Made by a program: the position numbers and the translations under genes. This document shows, in pieces, positions 61,231-64,000 of a stretch of DNA of 64,000 nucleotides (its first letter is position 1; the number at the start of each line of letters is the position of its first letter). The notes beneath the pieces are model-generated. The model ran no database searches. It had not been told where the DNA came from and was given only the letters and a program-made list of their open reading frames with translations. Source of the DNA: Methanotrichaceae archaeon (GTDB lineage: Archaea; Halobacteriota; Methanosarcinia; Methanotrichales; Methanotrichaceae); contig CAWEXU010000030.1 in assembly GCA_963813075.1 (NCBI GenBank), positions 32,001 through 96,000 on the forward strand. Direction: 5' to 3'.

Positions 61231-61946
61231 TGGGAGGCAAAGTGCCACGGCTGCTGCTGCTAAGACACGGCCAGAGCCTCTGGAACCGGGAGAGAAGGTT
61301 CACCGGCTGGACAGACATCGATCTATCCCCCCAGGGAATCGAGGAGGCCAGAGAGGCCGGGCGGCTGATGAAAAGGGCGGGCATAACAGTTGATGTCGCC
61401 TATACCTCCCGATTGATGCGGGCCATCAGGACCCTGTGGATAGTGCTGGATGAGATGGATCGGATGAAAATTCCGGTCTCCAAGAGCTGGAGGCTCAACG
61501 AGCGCTCCTATGGGGATTTTGAGGGACGGAGCCTGGACGAGGTGGAGGAACTGTACGGCCCAGAAGAGGTGCGACGAATGCGCAGGGGATTTTTCCATCG
61601 ACCGCCCTGCCTGCCCGAGAAAGAGGTGGCCAGAGGAGGAGAGAATCGGCGCATTGAGCCAGCAGGGGGCCCAGTTCGGGCATCAGAATCCCTGAAAGAG
61701 GTGCAAGAGCGTCTTCTTCCCCTCTGGCAGAATCAAATAACCGCCGATCTGGAAAAAGGGAGGAGCGTTCTTGTGGTATCCCATGGGAACACCATCCGTG
61801 CCCTGGTCAAACATTTAGAGGAGATCTCCGACCAGGATATCGAGAGGGTGGTAGTCCATACCGCCTCGCCCATCCTCTATGAGCTGGACGGCCAGCTGAT
61901 GCCCATAGAGCGCCTGGATCTTGGAGGCAATAATGATCTGTTATGA
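61227..61946 (+). CDS. gpmA: 2,3-BPG-dependent phosphoglycerate mutase
   Basis: LRHGQS.WN...RFTGW.D, WRLNER.YG, SESLK and SHGNTIRAL motifs. Confidence 0.88.
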   Translation: MMGGKVPRLLLLRHGQSLWNRERRFTGWTDIDLSPQGIEEAREAGRLMKRAGITVDVAYTSRLMRAIRTLWIVLDEMDRMKIPVSKSWRLNERSYGDFEGRSLDEVEELYGPEEVRRMRRGFFHRPPCLPEKEVARGGENRRIEPAGGPVRASESLKEVQERLLPLWQNQITADLEKGRSVLVVSHGNTIRALVKHLEEISDQDIERVVVHTASPILYELDGQLMPIERLDLGGNNDLL

Positions 61947-61963
61947 ATTCAGGAGGTAATAGA

Positions 61964-62908
61964 ATGGCATACGCTGTCAGCCACATATCCATAAAGAAAA
62001 AGGAGGAGCTGGTCGATCAATACGCCGGCCAGGCAACCCACGAGGTGAAATCGGATATATACGGATGCTGCATCAAGCTTTTGACCGGAATCCCCTCGAT
62101 CAAGGATGCCTGGGAGGAGAGCTTCTATTCGGCATCGCAGAGCATTCGTTCCCACGGCCGGCTTTATGTCATCCAGGATCCGGATATGGGAGAGAATCAG
62201 GTGCTGTACGACCCCCAGTCCAGGACGGCATTTCTGATCAACATGGACTATTACGGCTGGGTCAAATCCCTGGCCCTGAGCGTGGCCGGAGATATCCTGG
62301 AGGATTATCACAACATCTATTCGGTGCATGGTGCCTGCCTGGATATGCGGGGCCGGGGGGTATGCATACTGGGCGGATCGGGCGCGGGCAAGACCACCCA
62401 CACCTATGGTCTCTTGCGCAACCCAAGGGTGCGTGTCGTCTCTGACGACTGGTTCTTCGGGCGGATCTATGGAGAGGACATCCTGGCTTATGGCTCAGAG
62501 AAGAACTTCTATATCCGGGCGGACCTGGCTGAGATCTGGAAGGAGTTTGCCGGTCTGGTGGAGAAGGCGACCTTTGACGCCAAGGGGCGAGCGGTGGCAG
62601 ACCTCCGCCAGGTGATCGGAAAGGGGCGCATCCTGCCTTTGACAACCATTGAGAAGGTGATCTTCCTCAAGCGCGACCCTGGACAGGAGGAGGTCGTGCT
62701 ACCCTTGGAAGGGGATCAAGCCCTGGCGATTCTGGAGAAAAATGGCTACTATAACCCCCATCTTCTGGTGCATAACGAATTCAAGGCCGATCTGCGCAGC
62801 CGCTTCTTCCGCAAGCTCTTGAGTCGGACGAGGGTGATCGAGGTGAACACCACCGGCACCCCTGAAGAGACTCAAAAGAGGATTTTTGAGATTGTGGAAA
62901 AAATATAA
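61964..62908 (+). CDS. HPr-kinase/PEPCK-like P-loop protein of unknown function
   Basis: VHGACL, GGSGAGKTT and VVSDDW motifs. Confidence 0.7.
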   Translation: MAYAVSHISIKKKEELVDQYAGQATHEVKSDIYGCCIKLLTGIPSIKDAWEESFYSASQSIRSHGRLYVIQDPDMGENQVLYDPQSRTAFLINMDYYGWVKSLALSVAGDILEDYHNIYSVHGACLDMRGRGVCILGGSGAGKTTHTYGLLRNPRVRVVSDDWFFGRIYGEDILAYGSEKNFYIRADLAEIWKEFAGLVEKATFDAKGRAVADLRQVIGKGRILPLTTIEKVIFLKRDPGQEEVVLPLEGDQALAILEKNGYYNPHLLVHNEFKADLRSRFFRKLLSRTRVIEVNTTGTPEETQKRIFEIVEKI

Positions 62909-62945
62909 ATAAAATATAAGGGGATCGCCCGCGTCAAAGATCCAT

Positions 62946-63104
62946 TCAGGCATTGGTGATGCAAAGAGGCCGGACGGGAAAGTAGTCGACCTCCAGAGCA
63001 TCATCCGAGGTATGCAGATAGCGGCGATCCATCAGGTAATGCCGCCAGATAGCATTCCTGGCCGCAAGGACCCTGCCGTTGATGCTGTTCAGATCCCTAT
63101 TCAT
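62946..63104 (-). CDS. Small hypothetical protein (52 aa)
   Basis: GAGGTGA 5 nt before ATG; MNRDLNSINGRVLAARNAIWRHYL... Confidence 0.45.
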   Translation of the reverse strand: MNRDLNSINGRVLAARNAIWRHYLMDRRYLHTSDDALEVDYFPVRPLCITNA

Positions 63105-63163
63105 CGTCACTCACCTCGATTTTTTCGCGATCATTCATCAGCCAGCACAATTGAGCACCTGGC

Positions 63164-63353
63164 ATGATCTGCCCGCTACTGTCAAGGGAGAAGAGATCTT
63201 AGAAGGAAGCTGATAGAGAAGCTGAGAGGGAATCTGGGTCGATTAGACCGGATTCCTGTCAATTGTCCGGCTTGTGCAATGAGACAGGCGGAGAATGCGC
63301 AGTTGCTCGTTTTCACCACCAAGGATGGTCTCGACCAGAAGCTCACCCCATAG
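63164..63353 (+). CDS. Possible small CxxC...CxxC zinc-finger protein (needs one C removed at ~63173)
   Basis: Corrected translation MICRYCQG...PVNCPACAM...KLTP*. Confidence 0.4.
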
Positions 63354-63646
63354 GGCCAACAATAATAATTTCCAGGCCCGTAGGTACTCTAATAAGTCAC
63401 TTTTCCTATTTCTAAGTTTCGATCCATTGATATGGATGTCAATGAAGGTTTTTGGGATCGGAGATATGTTACGGGGAAATTTCCGTCAATGCATTGTGTT
63501 AAGCTCAGAAATTAAATCAAGCTTGAATTAAAAATAGGAGACCTTGTGGGATTTTTTTCCCATAAAAATATTAGAATATGAGAAAAGATATCAGTTTGAT
63601 GCTGAATTCAGATTGACAAAATGAATTTTGACTGCCAAGTCGAAGT

Positions 63647-64000
63647 TCATTTTCCAACCCCGGCCTTCTTTTCTCTCCTCTTCGCACTCAATGCACCTCC
63701 ATATCGCGATGGTATCAAGCACTCCTTCTCCTCGCCCACCAGCTCCAGCCTCCCAGCCCTCTTCAGCCCCTCCCGGACCAGATTGTAGTTGCGGGGGTCC
63801 CTGTACTGCAGCATGGCTCTTTGAATCCTCTTCTCCTCCCCTTTGGGAACATGGACCGGCAGGAGGGTGAAGGGGTCCAGGCCGGTGTAATACATGGCAG
63901 TGGAGACGGTCATGGGGGTAGGGGTGAAGTCCTGCACCTGCTCGGTGTACATGTGGTTGCCCTGCAGATACTCCGCCAGCTCGACCATATCGGCGATGCT
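63647..64000 (-). CDS. YgiQ-family radical SAM protein, C-terminal part (truncated by window end)
   Basis: EQVQDFTPTPMT.STAMYYTGLDP and QRAMLQY motifs. Confidence 0.88.
   Translation of the reverse strand, partial: SIADMVELAEYLQGNHMYTEQVQDFTPTPMTVSTAMYYTGLDPFTLLPVHVPKGEEKRIQRAMLQYRDPRNYNLVREGLKRAGRLELVGEEKECLIPSRYGGALSAKRREKKAGVGK

Overview
Archaeal methanogen chromosome segment, most consistent with Methanothrix (Methanosaeta)/Methanotrichaceae (inferred from gene content). It holds the complete mtrEDCBAFGH operon, fae, mtd, cofG/cofD, the archaeal lipid genes egsA, carS and HMG-CoA synthase/thiolase/DUF35, a thermosome-grpE-dnaK-dnaJ cluster, pstB-phoU-phoU, four tRNAs (two with BHB introns), several secreted/surface proteins and a hybrid PAS histidine kinase. 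Many conserved genes carry single-base indels in short homopolymers, which look like long-read consensus errors rather than pseudogenes. The most striking unexplained feature is at 57.45-57.82 kb: three non-coding units spaced exactly 135 bp apart. On the minus strand each has a TATA box, a shared TACG-N7-ACG motif and a 10-bp hairpin whose loop shows an anti-Shine-Dalgarno sequence (AUCCCUCC), suggesting a tandem array of sibling small RNAs. It sits between a B12/radical-SAM gene and an unusual MoxR-AAA / GXGXG / VWA operon. Also notable: two copies of a MITE-like element (one with an 8-bp target-site duplication), a bacterial-type pfkB-aldolase-gpmA operon ending in an HPr-kinase-like P-loop gene, and several small ORFs absent from the supplied track.
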